A DNA stretch of 52,596 nt from Gammaproteobacteria bacterium (GTDB lineage Bacteria; Pseudomonadota; Gammaproteobacteria; GCA-001735895), in assembly GCA_041688005.1 (NCBI GenBank), contig JBDNJA010000036.1, forward strand, positions 1 through 52,596, in the 5' to 3' direction. The translations under genes were made by a program, and so were the position numbers. The notes under the pieces are model-generated. The model was not told where the DNA came from. It ran no database searches and saw only the letters and a program-made list of their open reading frames with translations. Below, piece by piece: positions 40,798 to 52,272 of the stretch. Position 1 is the stretch's first letter; every line of letters starts with the position of its first letter.

Positions 40798-41275
40798 CTC
40801 TCCACTTAAATTTTTGTGGATTAGTACTCTGATCATTGTGCTCGATCAGATCGCTAAGTATTGGGCTGTGACACAACTGCCCTTGCATCAGACGGTTAAT
40901 GTCATGCCATACTTCGATTGGTATTTAACTTACAATCGTGGTGCGGCATTTAGTTTCCTGGCAGATGCTGGCGGTTGGCAGCGTTGGTTTTTTACAATCA
41001 CTACAATCACGATTAGTACCGTTATTTTCTTCTGGATAAAAAAACTCGAACCCAATGAGCAAATGACGGCTACCTCTTTGAGTTTGATCTTAGGTGGTGC
41101 GATTGGTAATTTGATCGACCGTATTTATTTGGGACACGTCGTTGATTACGTCCAGGTTTGGTTGGGCAACTACCCTTGGCCGGCTTTTAATATTGCCGAT
41201 GGCGCGATTAGCATCGGTGCTGTAATATTGATATTGACCAGCTTTGCCGATTCAAAAAAATCGGTTGCGAATTAA
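40790..41275 (+). CDS. lspA: lipoprotein signal peptidase II
   Basis: DQIAK, N.GAAFS, GNLIDR, VVDY, FNIAD. ATG at 40790 overlaps the ileS end. Confidence 0.95.
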   Translation: MPNSPLKFLWISTLIIVLDQIAKYWAVTQLPLHQTVNVMPYFDWYLTYNRGAAFSFLADAGGWQRWFFTITTITISTVIFFWIKKLEPNEQMTATSLSLILGGAIGNLIDRIYLGHVVDYVQVWLGNYPWPAFNIADGAISIGAVILILTSFADSKKSVAN

Positions 41276-41333
41276 TGCAAGCGTTTCGAACTAGCGCAGC
41301 TAAACCAGCACTTCAAACTAACCTTTGGAAGAA

Positions 41334-41816
41334 ATGAATCAAATAAATCCTAATAGTCTTGTAACGCTGTTTCATCGACTCGGGTTAACCGACGATAGCA
41401 TTCTAGAAGACACCTTTGGCGACAAGCCACTGACCATTCGGTTAAGTCAGGGAGAAATGGCTGAAGGCCTGGAGCTATCATTGGTTGGGTTAAAATCAGG
41501 CGATGAGCAAACAATCGATATCGGCCCCGACCTTGCCTTTGGCTTTGTTGATGAAACCTTGTTTCGGTCATTACCTCGCGCTGACTTTGATGACAGTTTG
41601 ACATTTGAGCAAGGCTTGATTATCGAGTTCTCGACCGACGACGGCAACACCCTGCCCGGCACCATTCTCGAATTTGACGATGTCGAAGTGCGCATAGACC
41701 TTAATCATCCGCTTGCCGGACAAACCATTCGTTATCGCGTAGAAATTGTCGATGTCGATAACGACCATAATGACGACCCAACCAACCCCGACCCTAAAAA
41801 TAAGGTGGTGCACTAA
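41334..41816 (+). CDS. fkpB: FKBP-type peptidyl-prolyl isomerase
   Basis: [20 protein letters not shown]; lspA-fkpB-ispH order. Confidence 0.9.
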   Translation: MNQINPNSLVTLFHRLGLTDDSILEDTFGDKPLTIRLSQGEMAEGLELSLVGLKSGDEQTIDIGPDLAFGFVDETLFRSLPRADFDDSLTFEQGLIIEFSTDDGNTLPGTILEFDDVEVRIDLNHPLAGQTIRYRVEIVDVDNDHNDDPTNPDPKNKVVH

Positions 41817-42745
41817 TGGATGTATTGCTCGCTAATCCTCGTGGCTTTTGCGCTGGCGTTGACCGCGCCATTGACATAGTAGAACGTGCCATCAATCTAT
41901 TTGGCGCGCCCATTTACGTTCGTCATGAAGTCGTGCATAACCGCTATGTGGTGAATAACCTTAAACAAAAAGGTGCGGTATTTGTCGATGAACTTGATCA
42001 GGTACCTGACGATTGCACTGTTATTTTTAGTGCGCATGGTGTATCAAAAGCGGTTCAGGATGAAGCCAAAAGGCGCGGACTCCATGTCTTCGATGCCACC
42101 TGCCCTCTGGTCACCAAAGTACATATGGAAGTGACTCGTTATAGTCGAAAAGGCATTGAAACCATTTTGATTGGACATAGAGGTCACCCCGAAGTAGAGG
42201 GTACAATGGGACAATACGATCATTCGACAGGTGGCGATATTTATCTGGTCGAGTCACCCGAAGACGTCAAAACATTGAAGATTATCAATCCAGAAGCACT
42301 GCGTTTCGTTACTCAAACGACCCTGTCAAAAGATGATACAGCCGTCGTGATTGATACATTACGACAAACCTTTCCACATATTCAGGGGCCACTCACAGAG
42401 GACATTTGCTATGCGACTCAAAACCGGCAAGACGCGGTCAAGCAACTGGTTGAAACCTGCGATCTGATTCTGATCGTCGGATCGAAGAATAGCTCCAACT
42501 CAAACCGTTTATGCGAAATAGCCAGGAATAAAAACCTCGAAAGTCACCTAGTTGATAGCGCAGATGATATCCATCCAGACTGGCTCGAAAACAAAAAGCA
42601 TATCGGCTTAAGCGCAGGTGCTTCTGCACCAGAGCAATTGGTTCAAAATGTAATTGAATTTTTGAAAGAACAGGGCGCAACGTCAGTATCGTCTTTAGGA
42701 TTTAGCGAGGACGTGGTATTTTCATTACCCAAAGCGTTGCGTTAA
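41816..42745 (+). CDS. ispH: 4-hydroxy-3-methylbut-2-enyl diphosphate reductase
   Basis: [32 protein letters not shown]. Confidence 0.97.
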   Translation: MDVLLANPRGFCAGVDRAIDIVERAINLFGAPIYVRHEVVHNRYVVNNLKQKGAVFVDELDQVPDDCTVIFSAHGVSKAVQDEAKRRGLHVFDATCPLVTKVHMEVTRYSRKGIETILIGHRGHPEVEGTMGQYDHSTGGDIYLVESPEDVKTLKIINPEALRFVTQTTLSKDDTAVVIDTLRQTFPHIQGPLTEDICYATQNRQDAVKQLVETCDLILIVGSKNSSNSNRLCEIARNKNLESHLVDSADDIHPDWLENKKHIGLSAGASAPEQLVQNVIEFLKEQGATSVSSLGFSEDVVFSLPKALR

Positions 42746-42764
42746 ACGGACGTCAGATCGCTCA

Positions 42765-43136
42765 TTAAAGCGGCTTGATTACGGCCAGTTCTGACTCATC
42801 GAGGCATTCACGCGCAACCAACTTATGCTCGATACACCAATTCGAATTGAGTAGCTCAATGACTTGCCCGCTCAAGTCGCGTATCTGACTTTCCTTCTCT
42901 GGCGTTTGATCTATTTCACTTTGCGCCCAGGCGTTAAAACGCTCAATCCAATTGTCGAGTGGATAGCAAACCAACCCTGTAACGGTGTGATAGAGCCGCG
43001 CCTGTTCTGTGGCCATAAAATATTGGTAGATGGCGTGGGCGAATTTTCGCCCCTGGTGCTCTGATTCACCGCCAGCATCGATCCAGGACTCAAACGCCTG
43101 GTCTATCTGTTTGGCGGTCGCTACATACGCTTTCAT
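42765..43136 (-). CDS. hypothetical protein (123 aa)
   Basis: Clean ORF with a GAGG RBS and protein-like composition; family not recognised. Confidence 0.7.
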   Translation of the reverse strand: MKAYVATAKQIDQAFESWIDAGGESEHQGRKFAHAIYQYFMATEQARLYHTVTGLVCYPLDNWIERFNAWAQSEIDQTPEKESQIRDLSGQVIELLNSNWCIEHKLVARECLDESELAVIKPL

Positions 43137-43288
43137 CGCTTGACCTCAAAATTTGAATAGTGGTCTATCTGACGCATAAAATGATGGGCTTCACGCGTCA
43201 GTACTTTGGTGTAAATGATCGAGCTCTGAATATCCGCGGGCCCAAGCCAGACTGGCAAAGGTGCGTCATGTATGATCGCATTGACCAC
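43133..43288 (-). pseudogene. short ORF or 3' remnant coupled to the 123-aa gene
   Basis: VVNAIIHDAPLPVWLGPADIQSSIIYTKVLTREAHHFMRQIDHYSNFEVKR*; its TGA overlaps the next ATG (ATGA). Upstream DNA turns abruptly AT-rich. Confidence 0.35.
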
Positions 43289-43443
43289 AAAACTATAAAG
43301 TTAATATGGGTTAAATCCGTTTAAATTCAAATAATTAATTTAAAAACTTTTAATTACCTCTAGACTTGCCCTTAAGATCTTTGAGGCTAATGGATTAAAA
43401 TGCCAGTTTAAATTACGCAGTTGTCGTCAAACTGACGCAGGTG

Positions 43444-44604
43444 TTAGTTTGACGACAATGCTTTTATCAATTGATCGATATCAGTCTTTTCGTGCGACGC
43501 CGATAATGTAATGCGCAATCTAGCGCTGCCCACTGGCACTGTCGGTGGCCGAATCGCGCTGACTTGTATGCCAGATTGTAATAGTTTTTCACTGAGTGAA
43601 ATCGCGCGATTATTGCCGCCAATCACAATTGGCTGGATCGCCGTGGCGGAGGGCATTAATTCGAACTCTGTATTTGCCATGCGCTGCTGGAAGTAGGCTA
43701 TTAATGATTGAAGTTTCTCTCTTCGCCAGTTGTCGCGCTCTACAATGTTGAGGCTACAGATGGTGGCTGCGGCAATGGCTGGCGGCGATGCTGTCGTATA
43801 AATATAGGGTCTGGCTTGCTGGATCAATGTTTCGATCAACGTTTCACTACCTGCGACAAAGGCACCCGATGTGCCCATCGCTTTGCCAAGGGTAGCCATT
43901 AAAATGGGGACCTTCTGCTGGCCTAACCCACATTGTTCTAGCAACCCTGCCCCAGTGGCGCCCAGAACACCAAACCCATGAGCATCATCGACCATGCAAC
44001 AGCTGTTTGATTGACTGGCTATCTGGCTAATTTGATTAAGATCGGCGCAGTCTCCATCCATACTAAACACGCCATCTGTCATGATCAGCTGTCGCACTGA
44101 TGCATTACGGCCCGCCTGGGAAAATTCTAATTGGGATTCGAGTTGTGCCAGATCATTATGTCGATAACGTTTTAATTTAGCACCGCTAATTTTCGCGGCA
44201 TCGATTAACGAGGCATGATTGAGTTTGTCTTGATGGATAATGTCGTGACGCCCGACTAGGGCCGAGGCGATTGCCAGGTTTGCCATATAGCCATTGCTGA
44301 ATAATAACGCTCGGTCTCTCCCGGTAAACTCAGCCAGCCGCAATTCGCATTCGTGATGTAGTTGACTATGGCCAGTAATTAAATGAGCCGACCCGCTGCC
44401 AACGCCATAGCACTCGGCAGCGGTTATAAAGGCTTGTTTTATGTCAGGATGGTTGGCTAGCCCAAGATAATCATTACTTGAAAAAGACAGTAGAGACTGA
44501 CCATTGACTGTTAGCCGAACAGCCTGTGCAGAGCTAACAATCGAACGCTTGCGGTAAAGGCCAGTCAGGCGCCTACGATCTAGTTCTTGTTTGAGATCAA
44601 ACAT
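43444..44604 (-). CDS. bioF: 8-amino-7-oxononanoate synthase
   Basis: SNDYLGL, NHAS, GVFSMDGD, DDAHG, TLGKA, IRPPTVP. ATG at 44604. Confidence 0.96.
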   Translation of the reverse strand: MFDLKQELDRRRLTGLYRKRSIVSSAQAVRLTVNGQSLLSFSSNDYLGLANHPDIKQAFITAAECYGVGSGSAHLITGHSQLHHECELRLAEFTGRDRALLFSNGYMANLAIASALVGRHDIIHQDKLNHASLIDAAKISGAKLKRYRHNDLAQLESQLEFSQAGRNASVRQLIMTDGVFSMDGDCADLNQISQIASQSNSCCMVDDAHGFGVLGATGAGLLEQCGLGQQKVPILMATLGKAMGTSGAFVAGSETLIETLIQQARPYIYTTASPPAIAAATICSLNIVERDNWRREKLQSLIAYFQQRMANTEFELMPSATAIQPIVIGGNNRAISLSEKLLQSGIQVSAIRPPTVPVGSARLRITLSASHEKTDIDQLIKALSSN

Positions 44605-44662
44605 GGGCGGGAAAATCATCTGGTCGCCCAAGAGAGCGACCAGATATTAAGGTCTATAGTCT

Positions 44663-45664
44663 CTAGGCGGCGGCTATTTCTGTTTCCGAAGAGTCTTCGA
44701 CTAATCGACCACTCGCATTAATACCGAGTTTTTCGAATAGTTCGAGATCCTTATTTTCGTCAGGATTAGGCGTGGTCAACAACGTGTCGCCATAGAAGAT
44801 CGAGTTGGCACCCGCGACGAAACACAGAGCCTGCATTTCGTCACTCATGTCGTTACGCCCTGCTGACAGGCGAACGGCTGACTTTGGCATCATGATTCGA
44901 GCCACGGCTATGGTTCGCACAAATTCGATTGGGTCTAGTTTTTCTGTACCATATAAAGGCGTGTTTTCGACCTGGACAAGTAGGTTTATCGGTACGCTTT
45001 GTGGGTGCTCGGGTAAATTGGCCAATTGCTGCAATAATGCCGCTCGATCCTTATCAGTTTCACCCATGCCGACAATACCGCCACAACACACATTGATATT
45101 TGATAAACGCACATTTTCCAGCGTGTCCAGCCTGTTCTGATAGGTACGTGTGGTAATAACCTCTTTGTAGTATTCGGGGGAGGTGTCAAGATTATGATTG
45201 TAATAATCCAATCCAGCCTCTTTTAACTTGTCGCTTTGCAGTCGAGTCAACATACCCAGAGTGACGCAGGTTTCTAGCCCCAAATCCTTAACGGCACTAA
45301 TCATCTCGATGACCTTATCCAGATTTCTATTTGTCGGATTGCGCCAGGCAGCCCCCATGCAAAAACGACTCGCGCCATTTTGTTTGGCATTGAATGCCGC
45401 CTCCTTAACTTCCTCCACCGACATTAAACGCTCACGCTCCAGCCCAGTATCATACCTCGCACTTTGTGGACAATAAGAGCAATCCTCAGGGCAAGCACCG
45501 GTTTTGATACTGAGTAAAGAGCTGATTTGAACTGCATTCGGATCAAAATTCTGCCGATGAATGGTTTGCGCCTGAAACACTAAGTCATTGAAAGGTTGCT
45601 CAAAAAGCGTTTTAATTTCAGGCAGAGTCCAGTCGTGTCTGACTGCTTGTGTTTGGTCGGTCAT
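44663..45664 (-). CDS. bioB: biotin synthase
   Basis: [11 protein letters not shown] radical-SAM motif, YNHNLD, RLSAGR. Confidence 0.97.
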   Translation of the reverse strand: MTDQTQAVRHDWTLPEIKTLFEQPFNDLVFQAQTIHRQNFDPNAVQISSLLSIKTGACPEDCSYCPQSARYDTGLERERLMSVEEVKEAAFNAKQNGASRFCMGAAWRNPTNRNLDKVIEMISAVKDLGLETCVTLGMLTRLQSDKLKEAGLDYYNHNLDTSPEYYKEVITTRTYQNRLDTLENVRLSNINVCCGGIVGMGETDKDRAALLQQLANLPEHPQSVPINLLVQVENTPLYGTEKLDPIEFVRTIAVARIMMPKSAVRLSAGRNDMSDEMQALCFVAGANSIFYGDTLLTTPNPDENKDLELFEKLGINASGRLVEDSSETEIAAA

Positions 45665-45725
45665 AGTTTTCCAATAGCCGCATTCAAATAGATTACCAAG
45701 TCTATTGTAACAAAGGGAATAGTCA

Positions 45726-46439
45726 ATGTCAGGAAGACAGTTTCGAGTTCAAATATATAACGTTTTTAATCGTCTACTCGACCCAAGGCTTTGCATTGGC
45801 TGTGGTCATCCACTTTTGCCCTTGCAGCGCTTTTGCTCTACTTGCGCTTCGCTTCTCGACTGTATTGAGCATGCTTGCCAACTTTGCGGCCTGAAAAACC
45901 ATACAAAACACCCTATTTGTGCAGCCTGTTTATACGACCCGCCGCGCTGGCAAAAAATGATTGCACCACTCATTTATCACAACTTCAGCCGTGACCTGCT
46001 CATTCAATTGAAATTTAATGAAACCCTCTATCTAGCTAATAGCCTGGTGAGTCATTTAATCGAGCATTTCCAGCAGCACGATTTTCTCCCTGAGGTATTG
46101 ATACCTGTTCCGCTGCACCAAAATCGGTTAATTGATCGCGGTTACAATCAGGCATTCGAGATCGCGAATATCCTATCGAGACAGCTCAACATTCCAATCG
46201 ATACTCAAGCGCTAAAACGTATTCGTCACACCGAAAGTCAATTAGGGCTGAGCGCCAATCAGCGTGAGAAGAACATCCTTAAGGCATTTAAATACGAATC
46301 TGTTATCAAATATTCGCATGTCGCCGTGGTTGATGATGTTGTTACCACCGGTTCAACGGCCAATGAGGTTACGAAGACACTGCATCGCGCAGGCGTAACC
46401 AACGTCGAGATATGGGGGTTAGCTCGGGTAGCACGATAG
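45726..46439 (+). CDS. comF: ComF family (double zinc ribbon + PRTase) protein
   Basis: Four CxxC pairs, [22 protein letters not shown]; divergent from bioB. Confidence 0.9.
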   Translation: MSGRQFRVQIYNVFNRLLDPRLCIGCGHPLLPLQRFCSTCASLLDCIEHACQLCGLKNHTKHPICAACLYDPPRWQKMIAPLIYHNFSRDLLIQLKFNETLYLANSLVSHLIEHFQQHDFLPEVLIPVPLHQNRLIDRGYNQAFEIANILSRQLNIPIDTQALKRIRHTESQLGLSANQREKNILKAFKYESVIKYSHVAVVDDVVTTGSTANEVTKTLHRAGVTNVEIWGLARVAR

Positions 46440-46461
46440 CTACTTGGTATTAACACCTAGT

Positions 46462-47154
46462 TTAAGCCAGCGCATACTCAACTGCTTTTTGAGCGTGAAT
46501 TTCAGTGGTATCAAGCAGTTTGATATTCGTGTCGCCCTGTTTGATTAGCATCCCGATCTCGGTACAACCCAGTATGACTGTTTGTGCACCCTGGCCTGCC
46601 AGTTCATCCACTATTCGCAGATATTCTAATTTAGAGCTTGGCAGCTGACGCCCCAGACATAACTCTTCATAAATGACGTTGTGAATAATTTTCCTATCAC
46701 TCTCATTTGGCGTCAAAACACTTAACCCAAATTTCTCTATGAGTCTGCCTTTATAAAAATCTTGCTCCATTGTAAAAGCAGTGCCAAGCAAGCCCACCGT
46801 TTTAATGCCAGCAGACTCAAGTGCCTGCGCTGTTGCATCGGCAATATGCAAAACTGGGATATCAATTGCAGCTTCAATTTGCGGCGCTACTTTATGCATT
46901 GTGTTAGTACAAATGAGTAAAAAATCTGCGCCAGCTGCCTGAATACTTCTCGCTGAATCGACTAACAAATTTGCCGCCCCAGCCCAGTCGCCAGCACTTT
47001 GCATTTTTTCTATCGTTTCAAAATCGACGCTATACAAAACAATTTTGGCGGAGTGCAGGCCACCCAGTGCCTCTTTAACGCCCTGATTAATCATACGGTA
47101 ATAATCTACCGTACTCTCCCAGCTCATACCGCCAAGCAAACCAATGGTTTTCAT
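46462..47154 (-). CDS. aspartate/glutamate racemase family protein (YgeA-like)
   Basis: GLLGGMSWEST, CTNTMH, LGCTEI. Confidence 0.92.
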   Translation of the reverse strand: MKTIGLLGGMSWESTVDYYRMINQGVKEALGGLHSAKIVLYSVDFETIEKMQSAGDWAGAANLLVDSARSIQAAGADFLLICTNTMHKVAPQIEAAIDIPVLHIADATAQALESAGIKTVGLLGTAFTMEQDFYKGRLIEKFGLSVLTPNESDRKIIHNVIYEELCLGRQLPSSKLEYLRIVDELAGQGAQTVILGCTEIGMLIKQGDTNIKLLDTTEIHAQKAVEYALA

Positions 47155-47167
47155 CTTATGCTATTCA

Positions 47168-47782
47168 TTAGGTTGGTCGAGATGCATTCATTATTTCACC
47201 AAACGACGCATATTCACCGGCACCTAACCGTGCCAGCGGCTGCACTTTATCCGCAAGTACTTTGAGTCGGCTTTTTTCATTCACCTCGGCGCAATCATCA
47301 GCCAGATAAATTTCTTTAATTTCAGCGAACAACAAAGTCTGTCCTTTGTTACCAATAGCTTGAGTTTGGTGACGCTCGCACATCAGGGCAATCTTGCAAT
47401 CGCTCAGACGAGGCATGTGATAGCCCTCAAACGCTGTGGTAGGCAATCCACTTGCTATCACTTCGGATTCGCCCGGTGCTAGTGTTGCTGACGATTGATT
47501 GAGCACGTCAAGTTGATTATCGCTAGCAATGTGAATCACAAACTGGGAACGCTCACGAATATTTCTCAGCGTGTCTTTTTCGCTGCCATCATCCTGCAAG
47601 TTAATCGACACCATCACCAATGGTGGATCGGTGCACACCGCATTAAAGTAGGAAAATGGTGCCAGATTCAAACTCGCGTCTTCGTTTTCCGATAGTACCC
47701 AGGCAATCGGACGCGGCATGATGGTTTGCGTCATGGTGAAGTAGGTTTGCGATTCGGATAAACCGTCTAGTTTAATTTGCAT
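47168..47782 (-). CDS. flavin reductase family protein
   Basis: PRPIAWV, NLAPFSYFN, KDTLRNI, LARLG. Confidence 0.88.
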   Translation of the reverse strand: MQIKLDGLSESQTYFTMTQTIMPRPIAWVLSENEDASLNLAPFSYFNAVCTDPPLVMVSINLQDDGSEKDTLRNIRERSQFVIHIASDNQLDVLNQSSATLAPGESEVIASGLPTTAFEGYHMPRLSDCKIALMCERHQTQAIGNKGQTLLFAEIKEIYLADDCAEVNEKSRLKVLADKVQPLARLGAGEYASFGEIMNASRPT

Positions 47783-47804
47783 TCTTGATAGCTTCCCAAA
47801 TAAA

Positions 47805-49331
47805 TTATACGGATGGATTAAACTGAATTTCTTGTTGGCTTATTTTTTCAGCCCAAATTTTAGGACCCGTCTGATGAATCGATACACCGAGGTGATCAAC
47901 TGCAACAGTCACAGGCATATCTTCCAGATCAAATTCGTAAATAGCTTCCATGCCCAGCTCGGGAAAGCCTACTACTTTTGATGCCTTGATTGCCTGCGAA
48001 ACCAGGTAGGCCGCGCCACCCACCGCCATTAAGTAAACAGCTTCAAAGTCCTTGATTGCTTCGATAGCGACAGGCCCGCGTTCGGCTTTTCCGATCATAC
48101 CGAGCAGGCCGGTTTTTTCTAACATGGTGCGGGTGAACTTATCCATACGGGTTGCGGTTGTTGGTCCTGCTGGCCCAACTACTTCATTACGAATTGGATC
48201 AACCGGCCCGACGTAATAGATAAATCGTCCGGTCATATCAACCGGCAGTTTTTCGCCTTTTGCAATCATGTCGACCATTTTTTTATGTGCGGCATCACGA
48301 CCAGTGAGCATCTTCCCGCTTAATAATAAAGTATCACCTGGTAACCAGGTTTTCACTTCATCGCGGGTCACGGTATTAAGATTGACGCGCTTAACATTTG
48401 CACCTGTTTCTCGGGTTACCTCTGGCCAATCCTCCAGATTTGGTGGTACTAGCTTGGCGGCCCCACTACCATCGAGGGTGAAGTGGGTGTGGCGAGTCGC
48501 GGCACAATTGGGAATGATCGCAACCGCCTTATTCGCGGCATGCGCCGGAAAGTCTTTTACCTTGACGTCCATCACCGTGGTCAATCCGCCCAGGCCCTGA
48601 GCACCTATACCGAGTCGGTTTACCTTATCGTAAAGCTCGAGTCGTAATTCTTCAGCTCGATTCGAGGCGCCACGTTGTTGTAAGTCCTGAATATCGATAG
48701 GTTCGAGTAAGGATTCTTTGGCGAGTAACATGGCCTTTTCGGCGGTGCCGCCAATACCAATCCCCAACATACCAGGCGGACACCAACCTGCCCCCATGAG
48801 TGGCACCATACTCAACACCCAGTCAACAACCGAGTCAGACGGATTAAGCATGGCAAATTTTGACTTGGCTTCACTGCCACCGCCCTTGGCAGCGACATGA
48901 ACTTCCAGGGTATCACCTGGCACGATTTCGTAGTTAATGACGCCGGGTGTATTGTCGCCAGTATTTTTACGCGCGCCATCCGGATCATCCAGTATCGATG
49001 CTCGCAGTTTGTTATCTGGATTCTGATAGGCGCGGCGAATACCTTCGTTGCACATATCGGTGACCGACATATCGTACTGCCATTGCACATTCATGCCGAC
49101 TTTTAAAAATATATTGACGATGCCGGTATCCTGGCAGATGGGCCGCTGCCCTTGCGCGCACATGCGTGAGTTAATCAGAATTTGTGCGATGGCATCACGT
49201 GCCGCCGGATTTTGCTCACGTTGATAAGCCTGATCCATGGCGCGAATGAAATCGGCAGGATGGTAATAAGAGATGAACTGCAACGCACCTGCAATGCTTT
49301 CGATCAAATCATCTTGTTTTATGATAGTCAT
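47805..49331 (-). CDS. class I (Fe-S) fumarate hydratase
   Basis: RPICQDTG, KGGGSE, GWCPP, NCAATRH, GRDAAH, GPTTATRM. ATG at 49331. Confidence 0.95.
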   Translation of the reverse strand: MTIIKQDDLIESIAGALQFISYYHPADFIRAMDQAYQREQNPAARDAIAQILINSRMCAQGQRPICQDTGIVNIFLKVGMNVQWQYDMSVTDMCNEGIRRAYQNPDNKLRASILDDPDGARKNTGDNTPGVINYEIVPGDTLEVHVAAKGGGSEAKSKFAMLNPSDSVVDWVLSMVPLMGAGWCPPGMLGIGIGGTAEKAMLLAKESLLEPIDIQDLQQRGASNRAEELRLELYDKVNRLGIGAQGLGGLTTVMDVKVKDFPAHAANKAVAIIPNCAATRHTHFTLDGSGAAKLVPPNLEDWPEVTRETGANVKRVNLNTVTRDEVKTWLPGDTLLLSGKMLTGRDAAHKKMVDMIAKGEKLPVDMTGRFIYYVGPVDPIRNEVVGPAGPTTATRMDKFTRTMLEKTGLLGMIGKAERGPVAIEAIKDFEAVYLMAVGGAAYLVSQAIKASKVVGFPELGMEAIYEFDLEDMPVTVAVDHLGVSIHQTGPKIWAEKISQQEIQFNPSV

Positions 49332-49394
49332 AAGTGGCTCTCTAATTGGTTCTAACAATCAATATTTATGATTATTTCTGACGGGATAAACCTG

Positions 49395-50456
49395 CTACTC
49401 CCAACGAAATATTTTTGCACCGATTAACAACAATATTATACTAGTTAAAATTAATACCAACAGGTGGTCCGATACCTGCGCTAATCCTGCACCGTCGATC
49501 ATTATTTCTCGGGCTGCCTCGGTAACATGGGTCAATGGTAATATCAACGCGAACTTTTGCATCCATGGATGTGCGCCTTCTAACGAAAACCAGACCCCAG
49601 AAAGAAACATCATAGGCCAGCTGATTAAGTTGAGCATACCATTCGCGACCTCTTCATTCGATATTCTCGCAGCGATCAGCAGGCCGCAACAAATGAGACA
49701 TATACAACCTAGCGTAAACACCAAAAACAAGTCCACGTAGGAGCCATTCATTCGAAAATTGAGAAAGAAGTCCATGCCGATAAAAATTAAGGTATTAACA
49801 ACTATCAGCAACCAGAGCCGTGACATGATTTGCGCGGTAAGGAATTCTATCGGTTTTACCGGTGTCGCGCGTAGACGCTTGAGCACACCCATTTTTCGAT
49901 AGCGCACAATCACGAAACCGATGCCAAACAGCGCACCCCACATCATATTCATGGCCATCACACCCGGTATTACCCAGTCCAGATAGCGCACCTGATCACC
50001 ATCAACCATAGTTTGAATCGGTGTTCGGGTCGAGGGTGTCCGAGTGGAATGGGCATAGGCCGCAATCAAAAGTTTCTCGACGATATAGCCATTTGGAGAA
50101 GTTTGGTTGATCCAGTAGCGCGCCGTTTTAGAATCGATCAGTAAATCGATTTGGTGACGTTCAATTTTCCGCAGATTGGCGTCGATCGCCTGCACTGGAA
50201 TAAATTGAATATAGCGGGTCGACATAAACTTTTCGAAGGCAGGGTTGTTTTCTTGAGTCACCCGATCTTTCTCCACAAGACTGGCCGAAACAATATAAGC
50301 CACCTTGAACTTCTTCGGGTTTTCATCGGTGAAGGCATAGGCAAATACAAAAATAATCATTATCGGCAATAAAATACTCCACGCCAATGCAGATCTGTCT
50401 CGAAAAAATTCGGTATTGCGTGCAACAAATAAGGCATATATGCGTTTCCACATCAT
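49395..50456 (-). CDS. ABC-2 type exporter permease
   Basis: Six TM segments, PGVMAM, GVLKRLRATP, FLSGVWF, PLTH. Confidence 0.9.
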   Translation of the reverse strand: MMWKRIYALFVARNTEFFRDRSALAWSILLPIMIIFVFAYAFTDENPKKFKVAYIVSASLVEKDRVTQENNPAFEKFMSTRYIQFIPVQAIDANLRKIERHQIDLLIDSKTARYWINQTSPNGYIVEKLLIAAYAHSTRTPSTRTPIQTMVDGDQVRYLDWVIPGVMAMNMMWGALFGIGFVIVRYRKMGVLKRLRATPVKPIEFLTAQIMSRLWLLIVVNTLIFIGMDFFLNFRMNGSYVDLFLVFTLGCICLICCGLLIAARISNEEVANGMLNLISWPMMFLSGVWFSLEGAHPWMQKFALILPLTHVTEAAREIMIDGAGLAQVSDHLLVLILTSIILLLIGAKIFRWE

Positions 50457-51337
50457 GTGCGTAACTCCTTGCCAGTTAACTCGAGAAACAAGTCTTCCAG
50501 ATTACGCGCTCGAATTCTTAAATGTTGTAACGGCACTTTCAACTGTAGCAATTGTTCGATGGTTTTATTCACATCACTGGTCACAATATGTGCGCTCTCG
50601 TTTCGATAAGTTGCGCCAAATGCCACCTCGCCAATCATCGGCGAAATATCCTGCTCGCGCAATTGAATCACAACATCATTAAAATGCCGCGCCAGCAAAA
50701 CGTCGGGGGCATCGTGCGCAATAATTTTCCCGTGATCCATAATCGCGATTTCATCACACAGTTCATATGCCTCTTCCATGTAATGCGTAGTTAATAAAAT
50801 GGTCGCGCCGTTCTCTTTCACGCGACGCACCTGTTCCCACAGATTTCGCCTCGATTGCGGATCAAGTCCGGTGGTCGGTTCATCCAGAAATAATATTTTG
50901 GGTTGATTGATTAAGGCGATTGCGAGCAACAGGCGCTGCTTTTGGCCACCCGATAGTTTACGGGTATCCTGATGCAAAAACTCTTTTAACGCGTATTGCT
51001 CGACCAATTCATCGATGTTCGCCGTTTTCGGATAAAGTCGACTAAACTGAACCAGCATCTCGCGCACTGTTACAAATTCCTGCAAGGCAGTGTTTTGAAA
51101 CATAATGCCTGCCTCGTTACGAAACTGCTGCCCGAGCGGTTCACCATTATAACGAATACTGCCCTCGGTCGGTGTCTTAATGCCTTCCATTAGCTCGATG
51201 GTCGTCGTCTTACCCGCACCGTTTGGACCGAGCAAGCCGACACAGCTACCCGCGTGAATATCGAAACTCACATCGTTAACGGCGGTTAAATCACCAAAGC
51301 GTTTAACAAGGTTTGATACTTGTAAAATGATGGACAT
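50453..51337 (-). CDS. ABC transporter ATP-binding protein
   Basis: GPNGAGKTT, LSGGQKQR, LDEPT, TTHYMEEA. Confidence 0.95.
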   Translation of the reverse strand: MSIILQVSNLVKRFGDLTAVNDVSFDIHAGSCVGLLGPNGAGKTTTIELMEGIKTPTEGSIRYNGEPLGQQFRNEAGIMFQNTALQEFVTVREMLVQFSRLYPKTANIDELVEQYALKEFLHQDTRKLSGGQKQRLLLAIALINQPKILFLDEPTTGLDPQSRRNLWEQVRRVKENGATILLTTHYMEEAYELCDEIAIMDHGKIIAHDAPDVLLARHFNDVVIQLREQDISPMIGEVAFGATYRNESAHIVTSDVNKTIEQLLQLKVPLQHLRIRARNLEDLFLELTGKELRT

Positions 51338-51565
51338 CAGTGTCTCGAAGAATACGAGCGCGAAGTATAAACAGCCTGCCCAACGAAAACTACTGAGACC
51401 GATAAATGATCAAGAGGAAAAATGTAATTTAAAATGGCAATCCCAGTGACGCAAGGGCTATCTCGACCTTTGCGCACTGATTGCACTCAACCAGAAAAAA
51501 ATCCTATGGATTTGAGCTACTGTAATTGTTTCAACAGACTAACTTTGAAATAGGAGTCAACAATA

Positions 51566-51587
51566 GCACTATCAATATTGATAGCGC
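51566..51587. terminator. palindrome downstream of the redoxin gene
   Basis: GCACTATCAATATTGATAGCGC; AT-rich core, so either a terminator or a protein-binding site. Confidence 0.3.
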
Positions 51588-51622
51588 CTAAATTGTCTTG
51601 AGCCGACAAAAAATCTAGCTAT

Positions 51623-52153
51623 CTAAACCAGTTCACCACGTGCAGGGTAGTCATTCGCTACAACAAAACCCAACGCACCCAATACTTCTTTAAAATGTGG
51701 GCGTGCAAATGGCATTGTGCTCACCTGGCTCCAGTACAAGGTTTGATCGGGGCGAATCAGAAATAAACCAGGCTCACTAAATTCAGCTGGCTCTTCAAAA
51801 CCGGTCGAAGTTTTGCCCTTACCGGCTGAACGATGTAAACCCCAGGCCTGTGCTTGCTCGACACTGACGTCGTACCCGATGTTGATATTGTTCAATTCCC
51901 AGTCAACCTGGGCCTGTTGCGCGCGTTCTTTATCATCGCTACTCAGCGCTACTATGGAGACGCCAGCCTCGGTAAATTCAGACGCCAGCTTATCAAGCTC
52001 CTTCAGGTATTTACTACAAAGCGGGCAATGTAAGCCGCGGTAAAATACCACCATAGTAAAGTGCTGCGGCGACTGCTCGGATAGAGACCACTGTCCCTGT
52101 AGCGTTGCAACATCGAGTGCCGGTACTGACTGACGAGGTTTTAATACTGTCAT
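51623..52153 (-). CDS. peroxiredoxin-like AhpC/TSA (redoxin) protein
   Basis: FYRGLHCPLC, FSEPGLFL, PFARP, YPARG. Confidence 0.9.
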   Translation of the reverse strand: MTVLKPRQSVPALDVATLQGQWSLSEQSPQHFTMVVFYRGLHCPLCSKYLKELDKLASEFTEAGVSIVALSSDDKERAQQAQVDWELNNINIGYDVSVEQAQAWGLHRSAGKGKTSTGFEEPAEFSEPGLFLIRPDQTLYWSQVSTMPFARPHFKEVLGALGFVVANDYPARGELV

Positions 52154-52272
52154 TTGAGTTTCCTGTTTATTGATGAAAGGAGATTATTGAGTGAGTTTAC
52201 ATTGGTAATATATCGTAGCTATCAGTACAATTGGCAACATATAAACCAAATTAACTATCCAATCGTACAATT

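Noticed and set aside
45665-45770. BirA operator between bioB and comF
   Set aside because: No convincing TGTAAACC-N14-16-GGTTTACA palindrome was found.
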